NCBI RefSeq assembly: GCF_009914755.1
Contig: NC_060926.1
DNA length: 64,000 bases
Source: the human T2T-CHM13v2.0 reference genome, Homo sapiens
Direction: 5' to 3' (one strand)
In this document: one piece after another, positions 30,000-42,918 of the stretch
Numbering within the stretch: position 1 is the first letter of the stretch
Layout: the number at the start of each line of letters is the position of its first letter
The notes under the pieces: model-generated
Database searches by the model: none
Told to the model about the DNA's origin: nothing
What the model saw: the letters and a program-made list of their open reading frames with translations, nothing else
Translations under genes and position numbers: made by a program

Positions 30000-30854
30000 C
30001 ATATGAATGGATCCCCAATAATTTTACTTTTTATGAAATTTATATAAAATGCATAAAAACGTCCATATTCTTTCATGGCTTGCTTGTTTTTCTTAGCATA
30101 TTATTTAAGACCCCTACATATTAGTGTGTATTTCTGTAGTTCACTCATTTTCATTGCTATGTAGGGACCAATAATACACCACCAAATTGAACTACAATGC
30201 AATGTTACCAACTAAAAGCATTCCCACCAAGAGCATACGGGAGTTGATTAGCCATTTACTCTCTAAAACTATTGAAATCAATTTTTCTGTATTCAGTATG
30301 GTAGTTGTGAGATAATTCCTATCTTTTTAAAATTGCATTTCCCTGATGGGATTGAAACTTTTTAAATGAGTTTATTTCCTTCTCTTTAAAATTTCTTTAA
30401 ATACCATTTGCCTATTATTCTATTTGGTTATGTGAATTTTCCTTATAAAATTTTAGGCTTTCTTTATCTAAAGTATAAACCTTATTTATAGCTTTGCTGA
30501 CAATAAATGTATGAGTACACTCTCGAAGTTCTGTACCCTATTTTGCCATACCTTTAATGAATGGAATTTTTAGATTCCAATATAATTCCTCATTTGTTAG
30601 GTTTGTGAATCATATATTTTGTGTCTCAGTTAAAAAAACATTTCATATGAGAAGGTGATAAAAATATTTTTGTCTGTTTCCTATTTCCTTCCAAAATTTT
30701 AAAGATTGGTCTTTTACATGCAATTCTTTAACCATTTGGATTTACTTTTTATGTACAGTATAAATCTATGTCACAAATACCAGTTATTGAATGGTGTCCA
30801 TATTTCCCCATTAATCTGAGATAACTTCTGCCATATATAAGCAATATATATGTA

Positions 30855-30897
<43 letters not shown>

Positions 30898-31440
30898 CCT
30901 CATTTTACCTACCTTTATACCTGTGCCACGCTGCATTAATTGTAACTTTATAATAAATCTGTATATCAGGTAGAACAAGCTTATATCTTGGTCATTTTCA
31001 GTCATGCTATAGTTATTTCTGGCCATTTGGTCTTCCTTATAAACTCTGGAATCTGATTATTAAGTCCTATAATTAGTATATATTGGAATTTTGATGGGAA
31101 AGCATTGTAATCTATATATTACTAGAGAAATAGCTGATAAGCTGAAGATATTGATATAATGTTTTACAATCATGTTTGATAATTTTTTCATAAAGGTCTC
31201 TATACATTTTATTGTATGTTTTATTTCTAGTCCTATTTTAGTTGCTATTATAAATTACAAAAATCACATTTAGTTGCTATTATAAATTTGATAAATTAAA
31301 ATGTTTGATGGTTGCTAGCATACAGAAATAAGGTTTACATTTCTTTACTAACATATGATAAAATTCATAAGCTCCTTAATTATCCGAAGGAAAATTCTGT
31401 GTATTTTGGGAAATTTTCTATACAGATGAACCACTGAATC
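30000..31440 (-). mobile_element. Highly degenerate L1M (L1ME-like) fragment
   Basis: GTAGTTCACTCATTTTCATTGCTATGTAG, TTGCATTTCCCTGAT, TATTGGAATTTTGATGGGAAAGCATTG. Confidence 0.65.
30845..30898. repeat. (TA)n(TG)n(TA)n microsatellite
   Basis: Seen directly. Confidence 0.95.
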
Positions 31441-31504
31441 ATACATTTAGAATGGGTGGGTTTTATGGCATGTGAAATGCACCTTGATAAAATGGTTTTG
31501 CTGT

Positions 31505-31835
31505 TTTTTTATTTTTATTATTTTTATTTTTTGTTATTATTATTACTTTTTTTTTTTTTTTATACAGGATCTTGTTTTGTCACCCAGCCTGGAGTGCAGC
31601 GGTGCTAGCTCATCTCACAGCAACCTCTGCCTCCTGGACTCAAACGATCCTCCCATCTCAGCCTCTCAACCTGTATGCCACCATGTGCAGCTAATTTTTG
31701 TATTTTTCTTCTTTTCGTAGGGACTGGCTATTACCATGTTGCCCAGGCTGACCTCGAACTCCTGGGCTCAGGCAATCTGCCCACCTTAGCCTCCCAAAGT
31801 GCTTGGATTACAGGTGTGAGCCACTGTGCCTGGCC
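31505..31835 (-). mobile_element. AluJ SINE with small internal deletion
   Basis: CTCAAACGATCCTCCCATCTCAGCCTC and CTCCTGGGCTCAGGCAATCTGCCC (J-type); GTAGCTGGGACTACAGG segment absent. Confidence 0.92.
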
Positions 31836-33439
31836 TAGCTATTTCTTTTATAAAAGACAATATTATTGATTACCTGCCATGTATGAAACTAAGATTTGTG
31901 TACTAGGATTTGAGTTTCAAAGCAAAGGAGGGAAGGTAATAAATGGCAACCAAGCACATTATGAGGGCCAGGTACTGTACTAGCTTCCCAGAGCACATGA
32001 ATATGATCAGCACCTATAAGATAGACTCTGCTATTGCTATTACACTGTGGCGAAAGCAAAGTTTCAGAAATGAAATTTCTCTCATACTTTGTTGGTGGAG
32101 AAACTGGCTTTTAATACATATATGGGTTTGATTTATTCTCAGTATATGATGTTTCTTTGAATGATTGTCAAGGAACAGTCTAGATCTTCAAGAAACTTAT
32201 GACTTGAAGTTCAATTCTCAGTGTTATGAATCAAACATGTTTCAACAATGCACATAATATGCATATTTATGACAAAGAACATCTGTATGCACATCATGTC
32301 TTTATATTGAATAGCCACATCCATCAATGTGATTCTACCATCATTATACCAAATGAGGTGGAATGCAGTGTACTTCACTTCTTAATACATAGCGTTAATG
32401 TTCAGTAACAAAGACAATATTTTGTTTATTTTTGGCTCTCCTTAGATGTATCTTAGAAACTACATTTCTCATATTAAAATTTGAGAACCAGGGATTTGAT
32501 TTGTGATCTCAATAAGTTATTAAGTATAAGTAACCAGTATAATCTAACTTTCACACTTGATTGTTCTCATGGCTTTCCCCAAGAAAGACAGGATACAATT
32601 CTAATATATTTTTTTCCTCTCGCAAGAACTAAATTTGTGATTCTGATACTGCTATTAACTCACCTCAAATTGATAATAATTCTAAGAGCATTAAATGAAC
32701 ATGCTCCAATTAAAAGAATACTATTTTTAAAAAGGGAAGGAAACAGCCTGTTCTACATTCTTATTCTATTTTATCAGTGTGTCTGGGAAAAAAAAAAAGC
32801 CATTTTGTTTCTTTGCCATTTTAGCTCAATGTGCTAGAAATACTGCTTCATAGTTCAAAGCTTTGGTCCTTTACTTCACACTTTACTGAGTGTGCTGCAG
32901 ACTTCATAGAAAATAAGAGAATTGGCCTATCTGAGACTGTTGGAGATGAAAACTTCCTCAAGCACATATCAGATATCAGGCACAAATGTCATCAAGACCA
33001 TGCATCTTTTTATATTTGTAAAATCATACCAGGATTAAAATAGAAGTTATACAAGTTACTGTTAGGCAGCTCCAGATCAGAAACATCAACTGCATACATT
33101 ATTCTTCTCCACTGACTCAACAAGCTGTGTAATACTGTTCCCTAATTTTTCCAAGTATTTTGCATTGCTAAATGCATTATATAAAATAATGACAGGAACC
33201 CTCATGTCATTTTAAACCATTCTTCTATTGAGCACTCCCACTCACGAATCAGTGTTCTCATCTCTTTTAAATGAAAATGTAAATTCTCTCCAGTTCCTGA
33301 ATTTATTGTGCATCAGTCTGTCTCTCAATAATCATAAATAAATCTCACTGTTCCTCCTGTTTACATCATATACTACTGTTATACTATGACCAACAGTGTA
33401 TGGTAAATATGTGGATGATGTGCTCATATGTTCTAATTC

Positions 33440-33650
33440 AGAAAAGTAGATATTTTGAGTCCCTCAGCTCTAAGTTTGAAAGCCATATCTGCCAATTAGA
33501 ATTATGAAACCTGGGCCAATATTTAACCTCTTTGTGTCAATTTGTGTTCCCATCTCCATAGTAGGGAAATACCTATCACAAAGATTATTGCAAGCATGGG
33601 GTAAGATAAAGCATGAAACCTGGTATATAGTAACAGTTCAATAAGTTATA
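33440..33650 (+). mobile_element. MIR SINE
   Basis: CCTGGGCCAATATTTAACCTCTTTGTGTCAATTTG...CCTGGTATATAGTAACAGTTCAATAAG. Confidence 0.6.
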
Positions 33651-34204
33651 GTTACCTTAGTCATCAATAACACCCTTCTGGTTAGTAGATTTTTTGTGTG
33701 CTGACTGGAGTACTAATACTAGTTAATGACTAAGATATTACCATGTCTTCATTTATAAAATAGATAGTCAAAGCATAGTACCAGGCCTGCCTTACTCCTG
33801 CCTTATCCTTCTGTCAGATATAATTGATCAGGAACTTCCTCCCTCACTGAGCTGAGATATGCTCTCCAGCTCCTTTTCAATACTACAACTCAAACAAACT
33901 CTTCCAAGTTATTTTGGGTTTAGCTTATCTTTGAATTTAGAATCTGAGATTAATTTCACTGGGAAGAAGCAAAAACTAGATTTCAGAATATAGGACATTA
34001 TTGAGGAAGTATTAATCTATTTGGGCAATAGAAGAAGAGCAGAAATGGGCAGCAAAAGATTTGCATGACAAGGTCATATGTTGGGTAAGCAACATTTGAA
34101 TAAGATGTGAAGATTCCTACAATTATCTGACTGAACCCCTTATGACTCAGAAATGCCAAATCATGTGCTATTTAAAATGCAACTAAGCCAATAAAGATTC
34201 TACT

Positions 34205-35148
34205 TGAACAGAGTGAAAAGGCAGCCCATAGAATGGGAGAAAATATTTGCAAATCATGTATCTGATAAGGGATTAATATCCAGAACATATAAAGAACTTC
34301 TACAACTCAATGATAATAAAACAAATAACACAACTGAAAATGGGCAAAGGACTTTAATTGAAAATTCTCTAAAGAAGAATACAAATGGCCAGCAAAGATA
34401 TGAAAATATGTTCTACATCACTAATCATAAGATAAATGCAAATCAAAACTGCAAGGAGATATCACCTCATATCCACTAGGATGGCCACTATAAAAAGAAT
34501 CAAAAATAATGTGTTGGCAAAAATGTGGAGAAATTGGCACCATTGTGCACTGTTGGTGAGAATGTAAAATAGGGTAGCCATTGTAGAAAACAATATGGAG
34601 GTTTCTCAAAGTATTAAAATTAGAACTACCATATGACCCAGCAATCCCACATCCGGGTATATATCCAAAATAATTTAAAGGAGAATTTAAAGAGATATTT
34701 GCATACCCATGTTTGTTACTGCATTATTTACAATAATCAAGAAGTGGAAGCAACCCAAATGTCCATTGACGGTGGAATAGATAAATGGTATAGCCCTAAA
34801 AAAGAAGGAAATACTGTCACGTGCTACAACATGCATAAATTTGGAGGATATTATGCTAAGCAAAACAAATCAGTCACAAAAGGACATTTACTATGTTATT
34901 CCATTCATGAAATATCTAAAGTACTTCAAATCATAAAACGTAAAGGTGGTTGTCAGGGGCTAGGGCTGGCGGAAAGAGGAATTAGTGTTTAACAAGTATG
35001 GAGTGTAGAGTTTCAGTTTTGCAAGATGAAAATGTTCTAGTGTTCTGTTGCACAACAATATTAATATATTTAACACTACTGAGTTGTCCATTTACCAATG
35101 GCTATGATGGTAAATTTAATGTTATGCATTTTTACCATAACAAGAAAT
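34205..35148 (+). mobile_element. L1MA/MB 3' fragment (ORF2 C-terminus plus 3' UTR)
   Basis: Peptide [35 protein letters not shown]; 3' UTR GAGTTTCAGTTTTGCAAGATGAAAA. Confidence 0.92.
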
Positions 35149-35523
35149 TTGTTTTCTTATTAGTTCTACTAGAACTAAGTAGTGTTCTTAGCAATTTTTT
35201 TAACAAGCGTAAAAAATACAATTCCCATCCTCCTACTTACATGTATCTTCTTTTTTCAAGACAAAGGAGTGTAAAAGACACAAAACTTCTCTCTCCTCCT
35301 TTTGAAATCCCAGGGAATTTGTCCTTGTGGCCTGATGTGTTTCTTGACTATTTCCAAAAGGTATGATCTGTCTATATTCTCAGAGAGAGGCAGCACTACA
35401 CCTTCAACTACAGGACTTCTTTTTTTCTTTAAGAAGAAAGTAGGACCATACCCTTCAGCTTTTTACCCAAGGTTAGAAAGGTTATATAGTTATATCAAGT
35501 TACATAGCTAAAGATTATATAGT

Positions 35524-35886
35524 TGATGTGGTTTGGCTGTGTCCCCACCCAAATCTCATCTTGAATTGTAGCTCCCATAATCCCCACATGTCATGAGAGG
35601 GACCCGGTGGGAGGTAATTGAATCATGGGGGTCCTTTTTTCCCGTGCTGTTCTTGTGACAGTGAATAAGTCTCATGAGATCTGATGGTTTTATAAAGGGC
35701 AGTTCCCCTGCCTCATGCTCTCTTGCCTGCCATCATGTAAGATGTGCCTTTGCTATTCCTTTGTCTTCCACTATGGTTGTGAGGCCTCCCCAGCCATGTG
35801 GAACTATGAATCCATTAAGCCTCTTTTTATTTATAAATTACCCAGTCTCAGGTATGTCTTTAGCAGTGTGAGAACAGGCTAATATA
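35524..35886 (+). mobile_element. THE1 (MaLR) solo LTR
   Basis: TGATGTGGTTTGGCTGTGTCCCCACCCAAATCTCATCTTGAATTG...GAGAACAGGCTAATATA; TSD ATAGT/GTAGT. Confidence 0.96.
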
Positions 35887-36820
35887 GTAGTTAAAGGTTA
35901 TATAAGATTATATCAGTTTTCCCATTCTGCAATTCAGGTGTTAATTTATTACCATCTGATAAAGAAAAATATAAGAAAATGACCTTTTTCTGTCGTAGGG
36001 CCAATACTGGTAAATGATTGAATGTGGATGAGAAAGAACAGAAGTGAATCTATAACACCTCAAAGATGAGCATATGATGAGTTACATAGGTGACACAAAT
36101 GTAGTTGAGTCTGACAAGTCCAAAGGGACTTCCACTACCATTACAGCAAACTGGGGGCTAGTGAGCCTTATTAAAGTCCTCAAAGCCTCTTAGATAAAAC
36201 AGAATTTCAGGATAAGAGCTACCTCAGGCATGAAGACAGGAGAGAAGCATATAAATAGGTATCGGTAATGTAATTATAAGTACAGTGGGGAATTCATATG
36301 TGTTCATTTTGTTTTTCTTCATAACAAATAATTATGTGTTTGTCAAATATTACATGTGTATTTTCAAGAGTCTTCCTCTATCATTTACATAAAAGTTAAA
36401 CAACATGTTTCCCTAATTCCCTTTAACAGTCATTTTCTCAGAGGCAAAGGACCTGAGGCTTTCTTTTCTAATGTTTTTCTTACCTAAAAGATGCAAAATA
36501 TTGCATTTACTAGTAAAATCCTGTCCAAATGCCCATTATTTTTTCCCTAGTTAACAGATGATGCACCAAATACAATTTTATTGCTAAATTTTTTCCTAAT
36601 ATATGCTTCCCTTCTGTTATCCGCAATACTAGCAAGGCTTTCATTATCTCTTGTCAAGATTACTAAAATAGTTTTTTAAGTGCTCTTTTGCCATACTTAT
36701 TTCTTTAAAACCTATCCTTTCTACAGCCAAAGAAAGACTTATCTAAACACAAAACTTAGCTATGGCACCTTGAATTGTATTTTCACTTTCTGTGTTGTAG
36801 GTTAAAAATTTTTAAATTTC

Positions 36821-37233
<413 letters not shown>

Positions 37234-38197
37234 TTATATCTTCTACTAAGTATACATTTGAAGACATTAATTGAATGTCTTCTACATAGAAAAATACATG
37301 TAGTAAAAAAATACATTTTTACTGTTACTGCTTGCATCAGCAATTTAGAACGTATCTTAAGCTAAGAATGCCACTAAACAAAATGTTGGAGAACTATAAA
37401 TAAATCACATTTTGGAAAAAAAAATGATTTGTATAATAAAAACTAATGTCCTGGTATCAGCAAAAGATCAATATGAAGCAGATCATGGAGATTATTTTGA
37501 TAAATTAAAGATGGAGAAGTAATGAGAAAAATGTAAGGGAAACATTAGTAAACATTTGGAATTAAATTACTGGTGGTTCAAAATTGCTTTCAACAGGAGA
37601 ACATTAAAGTGCCTTCTTTATATTTAAGAATATTAGTCTAATACCCTGTGGAATATCGAATATGTCATTTAATTAATCAATAAATAATAAGACAAGAACA
37701 AAATTTGATGGATTCGGTGGAGTGTCTTGATGAGGCTGAGAAAGAATGGGGCTAATAATTCTGTGACATGGATTTCCTGGCACTAGAACTAGGCCTGCAA
37801 TTCCCACATAATATCCTCAAAATGTTAAACAATCCCTTTGTCCATTTTGCCCAGCTCCAACAAAACTCATATTTGCATGACATTGGAAAGCCAGAAAATT
37901 CTAAGGTCAATGGAAATGTAAAGTAAACAATACATAGGAAGGGCATTCAGCAAGAAAGGTGGAATGATACTGCCTCATTTTAAACTCAATTGCTGTTGAT
38001 ACTGCTCCAGGCTTTAACTAAAAATTAAATAAACATATGAGCATTGCAAATGTAGTATTCAAAAAGAAAGAATCATCAATAGCTAAAAAATCAAGAAGGT
38101 TATAACTAATTTCTGTAATCTCAGGAGATGAAGAAGGGAATTATTTGTCTGGTCACCCAGACATTTTACTCTAAGCAGCAAGAAGAAAATAGGCAAT

Positions 38198-38494
38198 TTT
38201 TTTTTTTTTTTATGTGACGGAGTTTCGCTCTTTGGCCCAGGCCGGAGTGCAGTGGCGCTATCTCAGCTCACTGCAAGCTCTGCCTCCTGGGGTCACGCCA
38301 TTCTCCTGCCTCAGCCTCCTGAGTAGCTGGGACTACAGGGGCCCGCCACCGCACCTGGCTAATTTTTTGTATTTTTAGTAGAGACAGGGTTTCACCGTGT
38401 TAGCCAGCATGGTCTTGCTCTCCTGACCTTGTGATCCACCTGCCTTGGCCTCCCAAAGTGCTGGGATTACAGGCATGAGCCACTGCGCCCGGCC
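38198..38494 (-). mobile_element. AluY SINE with TSD
   Basis: CTGCAAGCTC, CACGCCATTCTCC, CACCGTGTTAGCCAG; TSD AAA(T/C)AGGCAAT at 38187-38197 and 38495-38505. Confidence 0.97.
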
Positions 38495-38542
38495 AAACAG
38501 GCAATATTTTTTACATTTGTCTAGAAATCTCTTAAACTAGAT

Positions 38543-38881
38543 CAGGGGTTCCCAACCCCTGGGCCATGGACCAGTATGGGTCCCACTGCCTTTTAGAGAC
38601 TGGACTGCACAGCAGGGGGTGAGTGCTGGTTGAGCCAGAGTTACTGCCTGAACTCTGCCTCCTGTCAGATCAGCGGTGGCATTAGATTCTCATAGGAGCA
38701 TGAACCCTTTTGTGAGCCGCACATGAGAGAGATCTAGGTTGTGCACTCCTTATAAAAATCTAATGCCTGATGATCTGAGGTGATCAGTTTCTTCCCCAAA
38801 CCATCCCCCCCCACCCCCGACTCTGTCTGTAGAAAACTTGTCTTCCGGGAAACAATTAGTGCCAAAAAGTTGAGGATGCTA
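38543..38881 (+). mobile_element. MER1B hAT-Charlie element
   Basis: CAGGGGTTCCCAACCCC...CTCCTGTCAGATCAGCGGTGGCATTAGATTCTCATAGGAGC; 8-bp TSD AACTAGAT/AGCTAGAT. Confidence 0.92.
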
Positions 38882-39039
38882 AGCTAGATCACCCAGTTAC
38901 TATAAGCAACAATGTTGCCAAAAACTTGTGCTGCTACATAGCATAGATTCCCTTTCCTTAAATTTCCAAAGATATTTACCTACCCTCCTTCAAGCTTTGG
39001 CTGGGATCCTTATTAAAGACAACAAGGTCTTGTAATAGC

Positions 39040-39580
39040 TCCTTCAAGGACAAGATGCCAATAGGGATCTGAAGGAAGTAACGGAGAGAACCATACAGAT
39101 ATTTGGATGAAGAATATTCCAACTAGGGGAAGCAGAATGCACAAATTCACTGAAGTAAGGGTGCTTAGCATGTTCAAGAAATAGCACAAAGGCCAGTATG
39201 GATGCAGCTGAATGAACAAGGGAAAAATAGTAAGAGCAGAAGGTAAGAGCTGTAGCAAGTAGCCAGGCCATTTAGGGGCTTTCAGATTGTTGTAAAGACA
39301 TTGGCTTCTCTCTGATTGAGGTAGGGAATTATTGGATGTAATGACATGTGGTGTAAATGATAAAATATTCACCACAGCTGCTATATGGAGTATAACTGTA
39401 TAGGTGAGAGGATAGATGGCCGTGGTGGTATAAAGGTGAAATAGGATGCCACTTAGGAAACTTACCATAGTCTATATGAGAGATGATGGTGTCCTAAGAT
39501 TGGTTCATGACAGTGAAATTACAGAGAAATTGTTGGATTTTGAGTATATTCTAAAGGAAGAGTAACAAGGTTGGCTATTC
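39040..39580 (-). mobile_element. L2 fragment
   Basis: GTGCTTAGCATGTTCAAGAAATAGCACAAAGGCCAGT, GAGAGATGATGGTG, GGATTTTGAGTATATTCTAAAGG. Confidence 0.75.
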
Positions 39581-39852
39581 CAAGGAATTGATGGTCTATC
39601 CAAATTTCAAAACATATCTTGATGAGCTATTCAAACTTGCAGATAAACTTAATAATACTAAGTTTGGAATGCATGCTAGGCAATAAAACATTAATAAAGA
39701 CAGTACATGTTACAGATAAATTAATTCATCATAACTATTAGCTTGAGTATTATGTATGAGAAGAAACCAAAAATACATTGGAGTTTGAAATGAGAGGGCA
39801 ACAAAAACAACTGGAGAGTATCTTTTCTTAATCTATGAAGATTATTTTAATA

Positions 39853-39998
39853 ATCCAGGCACAGTAACTTGTGTCTGTAATCCCAGCTACCTGGGAGACT
39901 GAGATGGGAATATCACTTGAGTCAAGGAATTTGAGGCTGCAGTCAGCTCTGATATGCCATTACACTCTAACCTTGTGATAGAGCAAGACCCCATATCT
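39853..39998 (+). mobile_element. FRAM-like free Alu monomer
   Basis: TGTAATCCCAGCTAC..GGGAGACTGAG..GAGGCTGCAGTCAGCT..GAT; single monomer only. Confidence 0.8.
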
Positions 39999-40885
39999 TT
40001 TTTAAAAAATCACATTTTACCTCATAAATATACACAATAATAACTTGTCAATTAAAATTAAATAAAAGTAATTTTCATATTGAATAAAGCAATATATGTT
40101 TGAAGAATTAATTCTTTACTCACCAGGCCCACTGCTATCACTGCCAGCATCTGTATCAATTTTTTAGTCAAACATTAGCTTGATACTTCCAGAGACCATT
40201 CCAACAGAGCCCTGGAGGCCACTCCTTCATTTTTTTTTGTGAGAAACTACAGAAGGTCAGATACTCTTCTTGGTTCTTGGGAAATGGAGTAGCAAAAAAC
40301 CTTGCCCTCTTGGAGATTTTCTTCCTGTGGATCTATACCACATACTACTGGTCAGTTAATCACAAACCATAATTGTATAACTCTGAAGGCTTGAAATCAT
40401 AAACATTTGATTGTAAGACCAAAGTTATACATTTGTAGAATATCAGGTTTTAATCCTGATAAACAGGCTATTTTGTGGTATAGCTATAGTTTGAGGTTAG
40501 AGAATACATCAACAAAAGGTACGTGCACTTTTTAAATAATTCAACTTCAAAATCAGGTTTGAAAGTTGAGAGTTACATTGTACCTTTCTTTACTCATATT
40601 TATACAAATACATTTGTTCTCACTTATCACAAAATGTATAGAACTGAAGGAACATTTGACAGAGAAACCAGATGACACCTGATAAATGATGGAGTGGTAA
40701 AGCATGAGCGCATGGTGGCTGCATTTATTAGATAAAGAATGACTAAGTCACTGAAAATTGTGCATCAGTAGTCAATTTCCAGTGGTTGTTAGTGCATACA
40801 TCACCTTACTATTGACTATGATTTATAAATGCATTTTTTCGGTGGATAAAGACAAACTAATTCTAGAGTTTCTGTGGGGGACTAG

Positions 40886-42918
40886 AGGGGTGGGGCTTCA
40901 AGATGGCTGACTAGAGGCATCTGGTACTCACCTCCCCAACAAAGAAGAACCAAAATAGCAAGTAGATAATCACACTTTGACTAGATTGCCTAACAGAGAA
41001 CACTAGAATTCAGCTGAGAATTAACAGGAAACACCTAAGGCAAGGAAGGAGAGTGAAGCGAGGCAGCCTGTTGGTCTGGGACCACTGGGAGCCTGCAAAA
41101 GCTCCCTAATGCAGGGAAAGGGTAAGGGAGTGACTCCCAATGGTCCACATTCCCACTGCAAACTCCTGCAATCCTAGACGCAGGAGAGCCCCTTAACCCA
41201 CAGGGGCCCTGGGACTATTATAGGGAGCTGCCTGGAGACCGCACAATGGCATTGCTTCAGAGAGGAAACTCACGCTGGGTCTCACACACTACTGAGTCTT
41301 AAGTAGTTCCAGCATGGCACCATTTTGAGAACACAGCTCCCACCAGACTGCATACTACTCAGAGGCCCAAAGTCCCTGAATGTCCACATCCCTAGATCCC
41401 CACTGACATCCCTTGCCCACAGCTTGGTGTTGCTTCAGACTGCTACCACAAACATGGGGCACTGGTAGCAACCCCTCTTCCCCCAGCATCGGGACCACCA
41501 CACACCTACAAGCACCTTGAGGAAAGAGTACTCCACTTGCAGCAGCCACCCTGGGCAAAGGGCTTCCTCCCAAGCCACCTGCTTATAGCTGCTGCCACTG
41601 TAAGAAAACTGGCCCTCCCCGGCTGCAGGGCCACACTGCAGCCACTGCTGTCCTTACCTGAGCATTCCACCAGAAACCTTACTACTGCCTCTTTGAGCCA
41701 GCACCCACACACAACCAGGGAGCCTGAGGCCAGACCCACGCAATCTGCCATTAAAACCACAGCTAGCACCCACCCACACGTACCACCTGTGGGCCTAGGA
41801 ACTGGTCTGTACAACCCATCACAGCCCCGCTAACATTAGCGCAGAATGCCTGGAAGCCAGAGGGTTGTCCTACCACTGCTATTTCTATTGCCCATGCCAT
41901 ACCTACTGCAGAAGAACCTTAGAGCCTGTGCACCCACCAGGCTCACTGCTGTCACTGCTGGCACCTGAGCAGGCTGCCCAGAGGTCCCAGAATTGGCCCA
42001 CCTGGACCCACTAACAAGCATATATCACCCTGGAGGTGAAGGATAGGCATGCTCAGTCCACCACTACCATCACAGGGGCCCAAAGACTGGTGCAACTGAT
42101 GTCCCCATCTCCAGAGAAGCATCACCACAGTGTCTACTAACAACTCCACCTTAAGCCACTGAAGAAATCACAGACACTAGTCATGCTGTTTACAGCCCAA
42201 TAAATCACACAGAGAGTAGACTACTGCACCCACCTGGAATCAAAACCATAAATCACACAGAGAGTAGACTACTGCACCCACCTGGAATCAAAACCAAAGT
42301 GCCCTACCCAACCAACACCATAGATAACTCCTCAGAAAAAATTCCTTCCACATAAAAGCAAATCCAAGAAGTTGAAAGAAGTGACTATTACACCAGATGC
42401 ACAGATATCAACATAAAGACAAAAGAAACATGAAAAATCAAGGAAATATAATCCCTACAAAGGAACACAATAATTCTCCAGCAAGATTCCAATAAAAAAG
42501 TTATGAAATCTTATAAAATTTCAAATAATGATATTAAAGAATCTCAGTGAGATACAAGAAAACTCAGATAAATAATACAAAAAACAAAACAAAAACAGAA
42601 AAACATTTCAGGATATGAATGAGAAATTTACCAAAGAGATAGATATCATCAAAAAGAACTCAAAAGAAATTCTGGAATGAAGGAATTCATTGAATGAAAT
42701 ACAAAATGCATTTTATAACTTTGATAATAGACTAGGTCAAGAAGAAAAAAAGTATTTTAGAAGTTGAAAATAGGTCTTTTGAAGTAACATGGTCAGACAA
42801 AAATAATAATAAAAAAACAGTGAAAAAGAGTGAGTAAAGATTACATGACATAGGAGGCACCATAGATATTTAAATTTTTGGTGTCCTAGAATGTGAAGTG
42901 ACAATGAAAGGATAGAAA
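40886..42918 (+). mobile_element. L1M (L1MA/PB-era) 5' UTR and start of ORF1
   Basis: GGGGCTTCAAGATGGCTGACTAGAGGCATCTGGTACTCACCTC start; GC-richer 5' UTR; ORF1-like A-rich text (AAATTTACCAAAGAGATAGATATC, AAATTCTGGAA). Confidence 0.85.
42200..42295. repeat. Perfect 48-bp tandem duplication
   Basis: ATAAATCACACAGAGAGTAGACTACTGCACCCACCTGGAATCAAAACC at 42200-42247 and 42248-42295. Confidence 0.97.

Noticed and set aside
31237-31288. 20-bp direct repeat TTTAGTTGCTATTATAAATT with a 12-bp spacer
   Set aside because: A small local duplication in decayed L1; no sign of function.
35478-35916. Short AGGTTATATA-type repeats on both sides of the THE1 LTR
   Set aside because: A low-complexity AT-rich microrepeat split by the LTR insertion.
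39013-39468. 151-aa hydrophobic ORF
   Set aside because: Lies within an L2 relic; the hydrophobicity reflects T-rich composition.
41050-42150. GC-richer region with several ORFs as a promoter or CpG island
   Set aside because: It is the CpG-depleted 5' UTR of an old L1.
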